NCBI RefSeq assembly: GCF_009834535.1
Contig: NC_045715.1
Coordinates: 18,662,001-18,726,000 of the forward strand
Source: Camelus ferus
Lineage: Eukaryota
Direction of reading: 5' to 3'
DNA: 64,000 nt
The notes under the pieces: generated by a model
Database searches by the model: none
Told to the model about the DNA's origin: nothing
What the model saw: the letters and a program-made list of their open reading frames with translations, nothing else
Made by a program: the position numbers and the translations under genes
Shown: positions 39,201 to 52,110 of the stretch, in pieces
Layout: each line of letters starts with the position of its first letter
Position numbering within the stretch: the first letter of the stretch is position 1

Positions 39201-39699
39201 TGGATTTTGTGCTATTGAGTAAGGATTAGTTTTTTAAACTACTCATTGAGTTTTCTATAATGTTACTTAATTACTTCTCTCAGGAAGAAATTTTTATCTC
39301 ATGTGTAAATTCTCTGAGATTCCATCTGAGATTATGCTACCAAGCCTTTGATTTGTAACAGAAGAGACCTCTTTTTAATTTATCTTAAGAAAATTGCTTA
39401 ACTTGGTTTATGATACATTTTACATAAAGCAGTTTTTAAAAATTAATATAGAACCAATTTATCTATCTTTTATTTCATGGATCTTTAAAATTTCCAGGCT
39501 TAGTAACTAAATTCTTCTTCAACTCAAGATTATATAGATTGTCTTATAAGATTTAAATGTTTTTATATTATACTATTTAATCCAGCCAAAATATATTTTT
39601 ATTTTTTCATGTGCTACCATATACAGGTTCATTACAATTTCTTTTCCAGACGAATAGATTTGGAAGACAAATATTTATAATTCTGAAAAAAGATTTAAG

Positions 39700-40440
39700 A
39701 ATTTTAACAAATTTAGGGAGAAATCACACAAATAGCCCAATAGGAAAACACTTATAGTAATAGACAATTTAGACAATAGCATATCCAAAAAACTAATAGA
39801 TATGAGAAAATATGGCCAAATTCTCAAGTAGAGAAATTCATGATGATAAAGCTCTTCACATTCACCAGACTGGAAGCAAAAGAAGAATTGAATCTTATTG
39901 CTAATGACAATGAAGGAAAAAGACTACTCACAGATTACTGGTGGAAATTCAAAGTGTTTTCTTGGGGAAAATATGGCAAAGGCTTCTAAAAACTATATAA
40001 ATTCTCAGCTCAGTGCTGTTACTCCAAGGAGTTATCCCCATAGAAAGGAATCTAACAGTGTATAAGGACAAATGGACAATAATGTTTGATATAGACATGT
40101 TTTAATGACCAAAGATAAAGAAAAATATAGGGTCCTTGATAGGAAATTTACTAAATAATTAATAGATTCACTAAATGAGAACTATTCATTCATCTGAAAC
40201 AAGAAATTATCGCACTAACACATTCTTGGAGATGTTTTCCTGAGATTTTACTGAATGAGCAAACAAAAATGCTGAAATACGTACATAACATGGTTCTACT
40301 TTTATAAAACAATAAATCAAGATACCAAAATACGATTTTGTTATGTAATCTGTATCTGTATGAGATCACATGAGAAAGTATATATATATATATATAAATT
40401 AGAAGAATTAATATAGAAATTTTATACATATAATTATTTA
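39700..40440 (+). mobile_element. Old L1 (L1M-type) 3' fragment, ends approximate
   Basis: Degenerate ORF2 C-terminal/3' UTR motifs (attactggtggaaattcaaagtg...aaatggacaataatgttt). Confidence 0.5.
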
Positions 40441-41640
40441 TATATAATTTTATATATATATATAAAATTAGAAGAAAGCCTAGTTCTTAGATAATTAGCA
40501 TGAATAACCTGGAAAAGGGGAAAGGGCAGAGGCGTTATCTGGAGGAGAAAGGTGCATGAAGAAAAACTAAAAAAGAAAACAAATTGAGACTTTTTGTAGA
40601 TTGAAATTTGTTTTTAATTATTAGCAATGGTTACTTCTGACACTAGAGTAGGAGTAAGGTTGGGAATGATCAGGTGACAAATTGAACTAGGGTGTGAATT
40701 TTTTTTACAGTATTTTTTAACAAGTTGTAATTTAAATGAACAAAAATCACAGTTTAAAAAGAAAGTAAACAAAGGTCTAAAGAAAATATGAATAAAGGTA
40801 AATATTTATTCTGCAGAATGGCTCAAGCATATATAAATTGAAATTGTTTCAGAAGTCCTTACATTTAAAAATTACCAAGTAATGCACTTATCCAGGTTCT
40901 GGAAATAGAGAAGGATGTATTGAGTTTGTTATTATTATCCAGACACCAGTGCTGAGTCCTTTGAAAGAATTATTTCACTCAGTCCTCACAAGTGCCCTGT
41001 CAGACAGTGGTTCCTTATCTCCAAAGATACACATATATAGAAACAGAGGCTTAGACAGGTTAAAATAGAATGTGTTGGGAAACTGATTATATAACGTGGA
41101 AGTCCCACTTTTGTTCTTTTTTTTTTTTCCTTCTGGCACTACTACCAAAGAGTCATATGCCTCCATTCTTACCACTAAGACTCGTTTTTCAGAAATCTAT
41201 ATAATTAGTGTAGCTCTCTTCTTTTGCTTGGAAAGAAGTTCTAGAATAAGGTTATTTGGTATGGTTTTCTCTGGTTGTCTGAATTTTTTTTTTTAACAGA
41301 AGAAGTATTGAATATTGGAACAGAAGTCTGCAATAGTACAGTAGGCAAGGAATCAAAGTCTGCATCAGAAAGTTAAGCAAACCAGCTATGTTTTCAGTAA
41401 GAGAAATGTTATAATAACTAAAAAAGACTGGAGATGATGGGAGATCTAGGAGGAAACGTGGGTAGGGACGTATTCAAATTCGACTAAAGTTTAAAATGAG
41501 CTCTTATTACTAGACTCCCAAGAGAGTGGTAGTATTCTAAGAAATAAAAAGGAATGCTGAAGCCTTGCTCCAAATAAGGATAGTCATCAGAGTGGTTTCT
41601 TCATTTAATTGCATGTTGCCAAAAGAAACACATGTTTAAT

Positions 41641-41804
41641 ACACATCTTCTTTATCCATTTATCTGTTGATGGGCACTTAGGTTGCTTTCAAATCTTAGC
41701 TATTGTATATAATGCCACTATGAACAATGGGATGGACATATCTTTTTGAATTAGTGTTTTCATTTTCTTTGGATATAAATATATATATTACTCAGTTATA
41801 TATA

Positions 41805-41835
<31 letters not shown>

Positions 41836-42076
41836 AGCATGAAACATGAATGAAAATCTGCTAGTCACAGCATCAATGGGCCTAGAAAGTAGTATGCTTA
41901 ATGAAATGAATCAGACAGAGAAGACAAATACTCTGTTATTACTTATATGTGGAATCTAAAAAATAAAGCAAATGAATATATATAACAAAGCAGAAACAGA
42001 CTCACAGATAAAGGGAACAATTAGTGGTTACCAGAGAGGGAAGGGGGAGGGGCAAAATGAGGGTATGGGATTAAGA
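41641..42076. mobile_element. L1 fragments in opposite orientations separated by TA/CA repeats
   Basis: 41641-41778 is reverse-strand L1 (tttatccatttatctgttgatgggcacttaggttgc); 41850-42076 is plus-strand 3' UTR (cttatatgtggaatctaaaaa...ttagtggttaccagag). Confidence 0.7.
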
Positions 42077-42090
42077 TTATCCCTGCTCTT

Positions 42091-42181
42091 TTTTTTTTTT
42101 TAATAGAGGTACTGGGGATTGAATCCAGGACCTTGTTCATGCTAAGCACATGCTCTACCACAGAGCTATAACCCACCCAAG
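42091..42181 (-). mobile_element. tRNA-derived SINE, short form, with a 14-bp TSD
   Basis: TSD ttatccctgctctt (42077-42090) / ttatctctgctctt (42182-42195). Confidence 0.88.
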
Positions 42182-42549
42182 TTATCTCTGCTCTTATGGT
42201 ACAGTTCCCAAGGTCTTTCAACCAAGAGACTAGTATATTAACTAGGGTCAATCCTCTGGGTTAGTCATAAATTTTAACTCCTCAGTACCATAAGACTGAT
42301 GAAAATTCAGCTGTGTTTTAGAGAGGTCTTGGAACAGCTTTTGAATTTCCCTCCCTGTTTAAAGGCTTGTTGAATACCTTTAGGGGAAAACTGCCTTGTA
42401 TTTAGGCCTTCAATTCATTTTTGTCACTTTAGCTATACAAGAATGACAGATTTCTATCCTTTTCCCCCCTCTATCCCTATTAATGGTCCTTCCGTTACCA
42501 AGGCTGTTGCTTCAGAATCATACTCCTGCCCCTCCCTCGAATGGAAACC

Positions 42550-43056
42550 AATTGCTCTTACCTGTTTCAGGAGGAAGCTGCAAAGAGAAAAACAAGAACT
42601 GGTTAAAATCAGCTTGGCCCAAGATGGCAGAAAACTTCCAGTTGACATTGAGCCTTATTACATGCTCATTATAGTGTATTAGCATGCTAAAAGACACACT
42701 CACCAGTGCGAAGACAGTTGACAACTGCCATGACAATAACCAGAAAAGCCCATACAAGGACTGACAAGAAGTGCTGCATCAGTTCTGGGTCCAAACTATA
42801 TCCTTGTTATCAGATGAATATTCCTCTCACTCTTTCTAATTCCCTCCCTTTTACCTCAACCCTCCTATATATATTGTGTCTCCAACCGAACGGGGTTGAG
42901 AAGTTGATTTGTGAACTAAGTTCCCGCTTCTCCATTCTTTGGCCATTGAATAAAGATTGTGCTGTTCCAGTCTCAGCATCAGTTTTGTTATTGGCTGTGC
43001 AAATCTGAGCAGTAAAAGAACCCTCCGGATCTTTGCCAGGCTAGGACTCTGGCACA
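42550..43056 (+). mobile_element. ERV1-type LTR remnant (MER4-group-like); 5' end uncertain
   Basis: cccaagatggc, cattatagtgtattagcatgc, ctatatata, ttgaataaag, ends ctggcaca. Confidence 0.6.
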
Positions 43057-43423
43057 GGTCCAATGACCTATGCAGTAGCACTTTTACCAGGTAAAGATAA
43101 ATTATCAGCTTCTTGCTTACAACCATAAACAGCAACTTCAGAGAAAAAACAAGTTCAGCTCACTTTTTCACAGTTCTTCACTACATGGAATATTAACTGA
43201 ATATTAACCTTGTTGTCTGTTGTTTCAGCGGCTCTCTGATATTTTACACAAGTGATTTCTTTTTTTTTTTTTTTTTAGTATCTACTATGGCTTATCAAGT
43301 TCTTGATGACTTCTAAAAGCTATTTTAACTTGCTTGGAAGCAGAATTCTTGATTCAGATTTGAGCTAAGTTTGTAATTAATAGCACTGATTTTGCTGGTG
43401 TGGTGGCTCTTTGTGGGCAAGGT

Positions 43424-43620
43424 CAGAGATGTGTTTACCATGAAACTGATGGAGGTTAATCTTCATAGTCTATCACTTGCATGGGCCCCTTCCATGACTC
43501 TGGGAAGGGAGAATCCTAGCAATGTGTTCAAATAAACATATGGTTTTGTAAAATTTGTAGGGAGAAAAAAAGACTTATTCACTTTTCCACTCCAACTTCC
43601 CTCTGTAGTAATTCTCACGC
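43424..43620. mobile_element. MER45-like hAT-Tip100 fossil
   Basis: cagagatgtgtttaccatgaaactgatggagg...gggccccttcc...ctagcaatgtgttca. Confidence 0.45.
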
Positions 43621-44289
43621 GACTTGGTAATGAAGTAGCTTTGAGAATTTTTGTCATCTGACTAAGAGAAAGGTGTTTCAGGGATATGGTTATGAAGTTC
43701 ACAGTCATTTCTATATATAGGTTAGTTGCTGTAAGCCCTCCTGGTGTAGCAATGGCTTCTAGGAACACTCTAACCTTCTGGCTCTGCTGACTTACCAGCA
43801 TCATGACAGAAGGTGCAGGGCCAGAATGTGAAGATGTCTGATGATGCCAATCACCTGAAGTATGTGGACAGTGGATAGTTATTACACAGCTGTTCAAGCC
43901 TCAAAATGGATACACAATCACTGTAAGGACTCCAATTAATGAAGGAGTATATTTTCAGAGACTTAAACAAGAATTCAGAAAACAAATGAATAGAAATAAT
44001 TTTTTCAAAAAATTGATAAAGCCAACTGAAATCTGAAAGATGTTTTGCAATGTTCAAATAAAACAAGTGAGAAATTATAGACCCCTGACTTGTACATACA
44101 AAGAATAACTTTCATTGCCATTTATGGATTTCTTTGTTAAAAAACAACTCAGGAAAAACTTTAAGGAAAATTAATAAAATACAGAAAAAGAATAATAAGT
44201 ATGAATGAAGAAATTATTCAAATTGCATTTTCTTCCATATCTTATAAGAAACAGTAATTCATTAAGTGGAATAGATAAAATCTGAATAA

Positions 44290-44610
44290 TGTCAGGGAGG
44301 GAGAATTTTTTCTCTGCCTTCTAGGTTCTTCTGACTGCTTTAAGAATTAAACTGACATGAGACAGATTAACAGGAGAAAATCAAACAGAAGTTTAATAAC
44401 ATGTATACGTGGGAGAGATCCAGGGAAATTGAGTGACTGACCAAAATGGTCAACACTCTCACTTTAAATATCATCTTCATTTAAAAACAAAAAGGATGTT
44501 GGGGGTAGTGGTTTGAGACTTCAAAGGGAAGGAAGGCAATTCACACGGAGGTGGAGAAGCAAAAGGCAAGGTGCTCCATGTTGCGCTCCACCTCTCAGAA
44601 TGAAACCCTG
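44290..44610 (-). mobile_element. ERV-type LTR remnant
   Basis: tgtcagggagg...aattaaactgacatgagacagattaacaggagaaaa...gtttaataacatgtatac. Confidence 0.55.
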
Positions 44611-44617
44611 TAGTAAG

Positions 44618-44960
44618 TGTGATCATCAGGATAATGGCCCCCAAAGGGGTCCACCCCTAATCCTCAGAATATGTTACCTTACATGGTAAAAGGGACTTTG
44701 CAAATGTGATTAAGTAAGGATCTTGAGATGGGGAGATCATCCTGGATTACCTGGGCAGAGCCAGTGTAATCACCAGGGTCCTGTAATAGGGAGGCAGAAG
44801 AGTCCAAGTTAGAAAAACAGATTGGAAAATGTTATGCTACTGACTTTAAAGATGGAAGATGAACCATGAGCCAAGGAATGCAGATGGCTTCTAGAAGCTA
44901 GAAAAGGCAAGAAAACATTCTATCCTGAAGCTTCTGGAAAGAATGCAACCCTGATGATTG
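44618..44960 (+). mobile_element. MaLR LTR (MLT1D-like)
   Basis: gataatggcccccaaag...atgttaccttacatggtaaaagggactttgcaaatgtgattaag...gatgggagatcatcctggattac. Confidence 0.8.
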
Positions 44961-45389
44961 AGGAGTCAGGCTCAAGGCCAAAGTCATTTGTATAATTTTC
45001 AGGCCTGATTAAAGGCAGTCACAAACCTGGCAGGCCTCATGGTGCAAAGCTGCTCTCCTCACACACTTGGTGCACACCTAATACGCTGCAGTCATTGGAA
45101 GGAGCTGCATCCTAGGACTCAGCGCTCCCTACCATCCCTACGCAATCCCCCATCCTCACTGCCCAAGCCATCTTCGGGAAGGAATGACTAAGTAAGGAAA
45201 ATGGAAAGGTAGTACACCTTAAATTATTGCTTAAAAAGAGTACCTTACATAAAGTCCTACTTTCTGAATTTTCTTGAGAAATATAAATTATACATGGTAG
45301 GTATACCATCTATACCTAATAGGTAGCCAGTGTCATGAACTTCTGGTTTATCTCTTTAGTTTCTGGTTTATCATTACTGTATTTCCTTT

Positions 45390-47300
45390 TGCACAAAACA
45401 GCAGGTATATGGATATTTTATTATATCCCCTTCTTTCTTATATGAAAGATAACATACAATAGACACTCTTTGAGCTTTGCTTTTTTCAGTTAACAATATA
45501 ACCTGGAACACTCAATATTAATTCATACAGATTTTATTTTAAAAAAATTTAAACCTTTTTATTTTGGGAAAAATATAGATTTACAGGAAGTTGCAAAAAT
45601 AGTAATACAGAGAGGTCATGTGTAACAAATGTTCCACTGGGAACATTTCAAGTAACTGTAGTACAATGTCAAAAGCAAGAAACTGACGTTAGTACAATTC
45701 ACAGATCTTTTCCAGATTTCACCAGTGTCAGTGTGTGTGTGTGTGTGTGTGTGTGTAGTTCTGTGCATTTGTGAAACCACCTCCACAATCAAGATACACA
45801 TTTGTTCCACTACTACAAATACCTCTTATTTATGTTACCCCTTTATAATCACACCCATCTCTTTCTCCCCTCAATCCCCATCCCTGACTCCTGGCAACCA
45901 CTAATCTGTTCACTATCTCCATAATCTTGTCATTTTGAGTATGTTATATAAATGGAATCAAATAGTATGCAACCTTTTGAAATTTTTTTTCACTCAGCTT
46001 AATTCCGGTGACATCCATCTAAACTGTTGCATGTATCAGTAATTCATTCCTTTTTATTGTCAAATAGTAATCATGGTATATATGCAGCTTAGTTTGCTTA
46101 ACCATTTACCCACCAAAGAACATTTAGGTTAGTTCTACATTTTGGCTATTGCAAATAGAACTGTTATAAACCACAAGTTTTGTGTGAGTGTAAGTTTTCA
46201 TTTTTCTGGGATAAATGTCCAGAGGTGCAATAGCTGGGTCATATGGTAAGTATATGTTTAATTTCTTAAGAAGCTATTTTCCAGAGTGGAAACTAACAAC
46301 AATATATGAGTCCAGTTTCTCTGCATTCTTGTCAGCATTTGGTGTTAACACTATTTTTAATTTTAGCTCTCTTAGTTAAATATATGGTGATATCTCATAA
46401 TAATTTTAGTTTGTATTTCCCAAATGGCTAATGATGTTGAACACATTTCTGTGCACTTATTAGCCATCAATATTTCTTCTGTGGTGAAATGTCAGTTATG
46501 TCTTTTGCCCATTTTCTAATTGCATTATTTGTTTTTATTGTTGAGTACTGAGAGTTCTTTATGCATTCTAATTATGAGTCTTTTGTCTGATATATGGTTT
46601 GCAGATATTTTCTTCTAGTCTAGAGCTGGTCTTTTATACTCTTAACAGATTCTTACACAAAGCAAATGTTTTTCATTTTGATGAAGTCCAATTTATAGAT
46701 TTTTTTCTTTTATGAATCATGCTTTCGGTATTATGTCTAAGAAAATAAACATAATACCTTTATGTAGTCTTATTTTTCAGTTTATCCTTCTTAGAGTTTA
46801 CTGAAATTCTTTAGTATGTTAGATGATGTTTCTAATTAGTTTTAGAAAATTCTTAGCCATTATCTTCCATATTTTGTTTCTGCTCCATTCTTTCTCACTT
46901 CTCCTGACACCCTAATTATTTATATCTTAAACTACTTGTGTATGACCTGTATGTCATTATGTTCATAATTTGTTTCCTTTCTTTTTTCTTTCTTGGTGTT
47001 ACTCTTTTTTTTCTACTGCCAGTCACTATTCCTATGTTACGTTGTTAAACTCAAAGCGAGTTTTTAATTTGTTACTTTACTTTTTACTTCTAGAATGTGC
47101 ATTCTATTATTTTTATGTTTTAAGTCTCTAGTGAAATTCTCATGAGTTTGTCTTTTTTGTCTCTGTTTTCCTTTAACAAACTAATCATAGCTATGTTCAA
47201 ATATTTGTCTACTAACTGCAGAATTTAAATTATCTAGGGGTCCCATTCTATGGCCTTTAAAAAAAAGTCTTGATTACTGGTCATATGGCATTGCTTCTTT
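45390..47300 (-). mobile_element. L1 fragments, including a (TG)n at ~45730-45757; ends approximate
   Basis: Reverse L1 3' UTR/ORF2 motifs (tttacaggaagttgcaaaaatagt; tggctaatgatgttgaacac; ttgatgaagtccaattt). Confidence 0.7.
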
Positions 47301-47318
47301 CTATGTGTAGTAATTTTT

Positions 47319-47450
47319 GTCTGTTTGTTTGGGGGTAGGCAATTAGGTTTGTATTTATTTATTTATTTATATGGAGGTACTGGGGATTGGACCCAGGACC
47401 TCATGCATGCTAAGCGTACACTCTACCACTGAGCAATACCCACCCCCTTC
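47319..47450 (-). mobile_element. tRNA-derived SINE, long form, with a 16-bp TSD
   Basis: TSD atgtgtagtaattttt at 47303-47318 and 47451-47466. Confidence 0.9.
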
Positions 47451-48909
47451 ATGTGTAGTAATTTTTTATTGTACACTTGACTTTGTATGAATGGACAACA
47501 GAGCGCAAGATGACATTATTTTCAACCAAGGGGTTTCTTCAAGATACCCTTTAAGTAGATCACACAAGGGTTTCTTTTTCTTCCACTTTACTGTCCTCTA
47601 CTTTTACTTCCATATCCCTTCACATATAAATCACAATAAACATTTTAGTTCTCTCATTTTGCTAAACCCCTCTAAATTTTTTCATTTCCTCTGTTTTATT
47701 CACTTAATTAAGAATTCTCTCCTAATAATCCATCTTTTAAAGTTAAAAAAAATTAACTGAAATCCAAGATAGAGTTTAAAAAGTGCATTAAGAGTGTGAT
47801 AGAACTGCAAATAATGAGCTTCTGGAATTCAGATGAAAGAACAGCCAAATATAACAAAGAGGAATGAGAGTATTTTCCAAGAAGAATATTTCAACGGAGT
47901 CTTGATTACTTTAGTATTCTTTTTAATAGAATGAATATTCCCTTCTGAGAGAATGTGATAAGCAAGAAGGCACATAGTTAGAAATCACAATTATTAAAGA
48001 TCTACTTTATGTCAGGGACAATGCCCAATATTTAATATTTAATATTTCTTACCTTATTTAACTTTTACAAAAGCTCTTCAAGGTAATTTTTCTTCCCAGT
48101 GATAGTAAATGAGGCTTTCTAGGCTTTAAGCCTGCATTGATTGTTTCTCAGCTGGAGTTTGAGCCAATCTATCTTCAAAGGCTATTCTCCCTCCCTTTTA
48201 CTCCAAATTATTTTCCAGAGATAATTCAACTTTCCATTATTTATGGAAAATAGTGAGTAGTTGAATGCACTTGGAGTATAAAGAAACAGAAGCTGTTTTA
48301 GATAGAGCTGGAAATGTAAATTTGTCCAGAACCAGCATCAATATTCAGAAATCTATGTATATTTCTCTAGGCAATGAGCCACGTCAGGACTTTCAGTACT
48401 GGCAATGCAACACCTGTATTTTGGAAAGGCTCCTTCTGCAGCGAAGTGAAAGATGACTTTAAGTAGCAAGATTCTAGAGACTAACTAATGAACAGGCTCT
48501 TGTAAAAAATCTGGCAAGAGTTAATGAGGTACTGGGCTAGGGCAAGAGAAGTGGAAATAAAAATGAGGTATGAAAGACATGTTATGGTTAGGCTTAGAAA
48601 CTTATTGAATATGAGCATTCAGGGAAAGAGATAGCTCAGGAAAATTGTAATATTTTAAGACTTAGAGACTGGAAAAATCACAAAGAGGTGAAAATCAAGA
48701 CAGCAGGTTTGTGAAATAAAGTGTAAAGAAGTGATGAATATTTGACATCAAATTTTATGAATACAATCTATAAAATTTGATAAATAATCTGTTATTCACT
48801 TCCACAAAAGCTACAATGATAACACATTAAATTACAGTAAAAGAGAATTTGTCTGAAGGTAATTGCATTTGATGGAAGAGATGACTGACATAGACTTATA
48901 AATGTCATT

Positions 48910-49016
48910 TCTTATGAAAATGAATGTATGTATATATATATATATGGCTGGGACATTGTGCTGTGCACTTGAAATTGATACATTGTAACTGACTGTCTTT
49001 CAACTAAAAAAAAAAA
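48910..49016 (+). mobile_element. Very short L1 3' end
   Basis: cttatgaaaatgaatgtatgtata...gctgggacattgtgctgtgcacttgaaattgatacattgtaactgact plus A tail. Confidence 0.75.
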
Positions 49017-50591
49017 GAAATGCAAAATGTTATATCCCTTAGTGATACATAGTATTATTACATTTTGACAAAACAAGAAAAAAAAGTCATCTCTTTCTCT
49101 GATAACATTCTATGATGTCATATCACAACTGGGAAGTATCTCTTGTTATCACTTGTAACTTTGGATTGTATTATTTTATTTCACAGAAAATTGGTTTCTA
49201 TAACTATGGTATTTCCATCAGTTACAAGTTTAAAGGTATTTGTAATGGGTTAGGGTTGGTGATGGGCAGGTGTGAGGAAAAAGGATAGAAGTGAGATAAC
49301 AAAAAAATTTTTTTAATTGCTTTTCAAGCTTCTTTGACTAACAATTCCACATCCTTCTTTGAGTTAAGTACTCCATGAGGCTCTCATCTCCTTCATTTCT
49401 CAGAGGGGCTTATTATCTCAGATAGGAAATTCTTGAGAGCATTAAATTCTCTAGGTATTGCTGCCTAGCTTCCATGAGAAAGTATTAGGTTGATATGGTA
49501 ATATAGGCTAATAACTTAATGTAAGTATAAGAAGCAACTCTCAAGGGAATGGCTCATCCACTGTGCCAAGAAGTTTGCTGCAATAAAGAATTAATACTGA
49601 TTACTTTTGATTGCTCATCTATGTATTTCAGTACTTTTGACAGACAAAAGTCATTGTATGCTATTTTTTATAAATTAACGGAAATAACATTATCATTGTT
49701 TATAGCTAGTATATTCCATCTCTACTAATATTATTAGTATATTAAGATTATATTATATGAGAATAATTTTTACATTTAAAGCATAGTACTTGACATGATA
49801 ATGACCAGATACATTCTGTTTTTTACTTGACAGAAGTGGTAACTGAAGTTAGTTGGCCATGGGATACTAATAATAATGGTTATTAAAATCTAAAAATATT
49901 TTAAATGTACAAAGCACATTTATATGTAGTATCTCATGTATAGCAATTAAAATCTCTAGTTGTAGAGGTGAAATGTGAGATTCATCTCCCATAGAAGCCT
50001 TTGACAGCTAAATATAGAAAACATGCTTTTGAGATGTAGTTGTTTCTGTATTGTTCACCTTACGATTGTAAGAGACAGTCATCTGAAATACCACATATAT
50101 ACTGTTATTTTTTCTTTTTTTAACTAAAACATGCTCATTTATTTCTAATTACTCAGCTGAAGTCATTTATCAGTAACTTTCTTGAGATAGTTTTAATAAT
50201 TTTACACCAAATCAAGCAAATTGAAATGAAATTATTTTAATTTTTTGGCCTGTTTTTGTTTTTGTTTTTGTATTAATTTTAAATGTCAAAATTGATCTCT
50301 CTTTTTTCAAGTTAAACTTTATTATTTTGGACCCTAAAGTTGCATGGAAAATTAACCTTAAGTAAACAAACAGTAAAGGAATATGAATACTAGTACTTCT
50401 CTGCACAGTATGCCCTAAACAAGTGGTAGATCCTTGCACATGTTTTCATTGATTCTAGGTTCTATTCTGAATTGAGTAGGAGGTGGCCACATTCCATGCC
50501 TTAATGCTTATCACCAACTACTTGTCTTGATGAGACCCAGTGAGGAAGATTTGGTGCTCTCTCTAAGTCTCTCTCTTGGATAAATCTGTCA

Positions 50592-50622
<31 letters not shown>

Positions 50623-51874
50623 AATAGTTTGTGTATGTGTGTGTCTTTGTGTTGGTAAGAGTGATACTTCCTCTGAGAATATCATATGCTTTCCCAACCC
50701 TTGTTAGAGATAATCAGTTCAGGGAATTTTTGAAAAAGTTTTACTCCATAGGGGGAGGCAGAGAAAGAATTATTTAATCCTACATCAGCTCTAAAACCCA
50801 TATAAAGTTCTTCCTTTTCACACGTGAATCCTTTGGTCTTTAAGTGTTCCCTGTGCTGAATGTGCACCAGAGATACCCCCCGCTTCCTTCAGCCTGCTCC
50901 TTATCTAGCTCTGTATCTAGGGTGGAAGGGGGTATGTGGATATTTGGGGTCCTCACGTGGTTTAACTATTGTGTGCTCATCAACATTCTCTCTTCATTCA
51001 GATTCACCTCTGCTGGCAACAGTTGCCTCCTTATCTTCTTCCCTTCTCATAGATCTCCTACATGTCATCCTTCTCTTCTACTTGTTTTCACTCTAGTCAT
51101 CTCACTTGGACTTCCAAGTGAAAGCCTAAGAAGGAGAAGGAACTGTGGACATGGCATTACTGAGGTTGCAGTCAAATCTGGTAAGTTATTTAGTTCTTTA
51201 AAGTTCAGAAAGGCAAGAATGTAGCCCTCACAAAAGGAAGGCTTGGTAAACAAGAGCAGTGATTAAATATTGATGTGATAATATGAGGAGAAAGGCAGAC
51301 AATGGATGGATGGTTTAACCACCAGAAAAACTTTGAATCAGAATGAAAAATTCATTAGAATAATTTTAGTTGAATACTCTCATCCTTTGTGGGACATTTG
51401 GTTGACTTGAGAAACAAGAAAAATAAAATAATTTGGGTTTGTACTCTATAGTTGAAAAACATTCACAAACACACATACAAACAGATACTTACACAGACAG
51501 AGGGAAAATTCAGAGTATGTTAACTGTGGAATGAGACAGTCACTGTCCATCACAGTCACCCTCCATTCCCTTCCAGTAGGGCCAGATGACTCCAGGCTGA
51601 GGATCACTCTGTTTCTGTGCCCAATGTATACAGAATTAACACATCCTGGCAGGCAAATCTTAACTGTATTTCTCATTTTCTGAATAAAAATATGACTTGT
51701 TTATCTTTGCTTATACTACCATGAAAGCTACCTGCCTTACTCAATTTATAAGTAATAAAATATATTAAAGTTTGTGCAACAAATCAGAATAAATAGTTAC
51801 AATCTCAGTTTTACAACTTTTTTATTTTCTTCATATACAGATTTGTATAATTGTTGTTTTTCTTAACTCTACAG

Positions 51875-52110
51875 TTAGATTCAAGATTAGTAGAGTCATA
51901 TCTGGAGTAAAATTGCTGGAGTCTCAGTCAGTTCCATGTACCAGCTTTGTGATCTGGGGCAGTTTGTTTCATTATTCCCTTGGCCTCAGTGGCTTAATTT
52001 GTATGTTGAATAATTAAACTGCTGACCTCCTGGGGCTACGTTGAGAATAAAATGAGGTAAACTATGTCAAATGGTCAACATTAGTGCCTAGCTCATGAGA
52101 TCCATAAATA
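51875..52110 (+). mobile_element. MIR SINE
   Basis: cagctttgtgatctggggcag...ggcctcagt...gttgagaataaaatgagg core. Confidence 0.6.

Noticed and set aside
51062-51121. ATG at 51062 that would join in phase 2 and rescue OR2W6
   Set aside because: In-frame TGA after 19 codons, before the donor.
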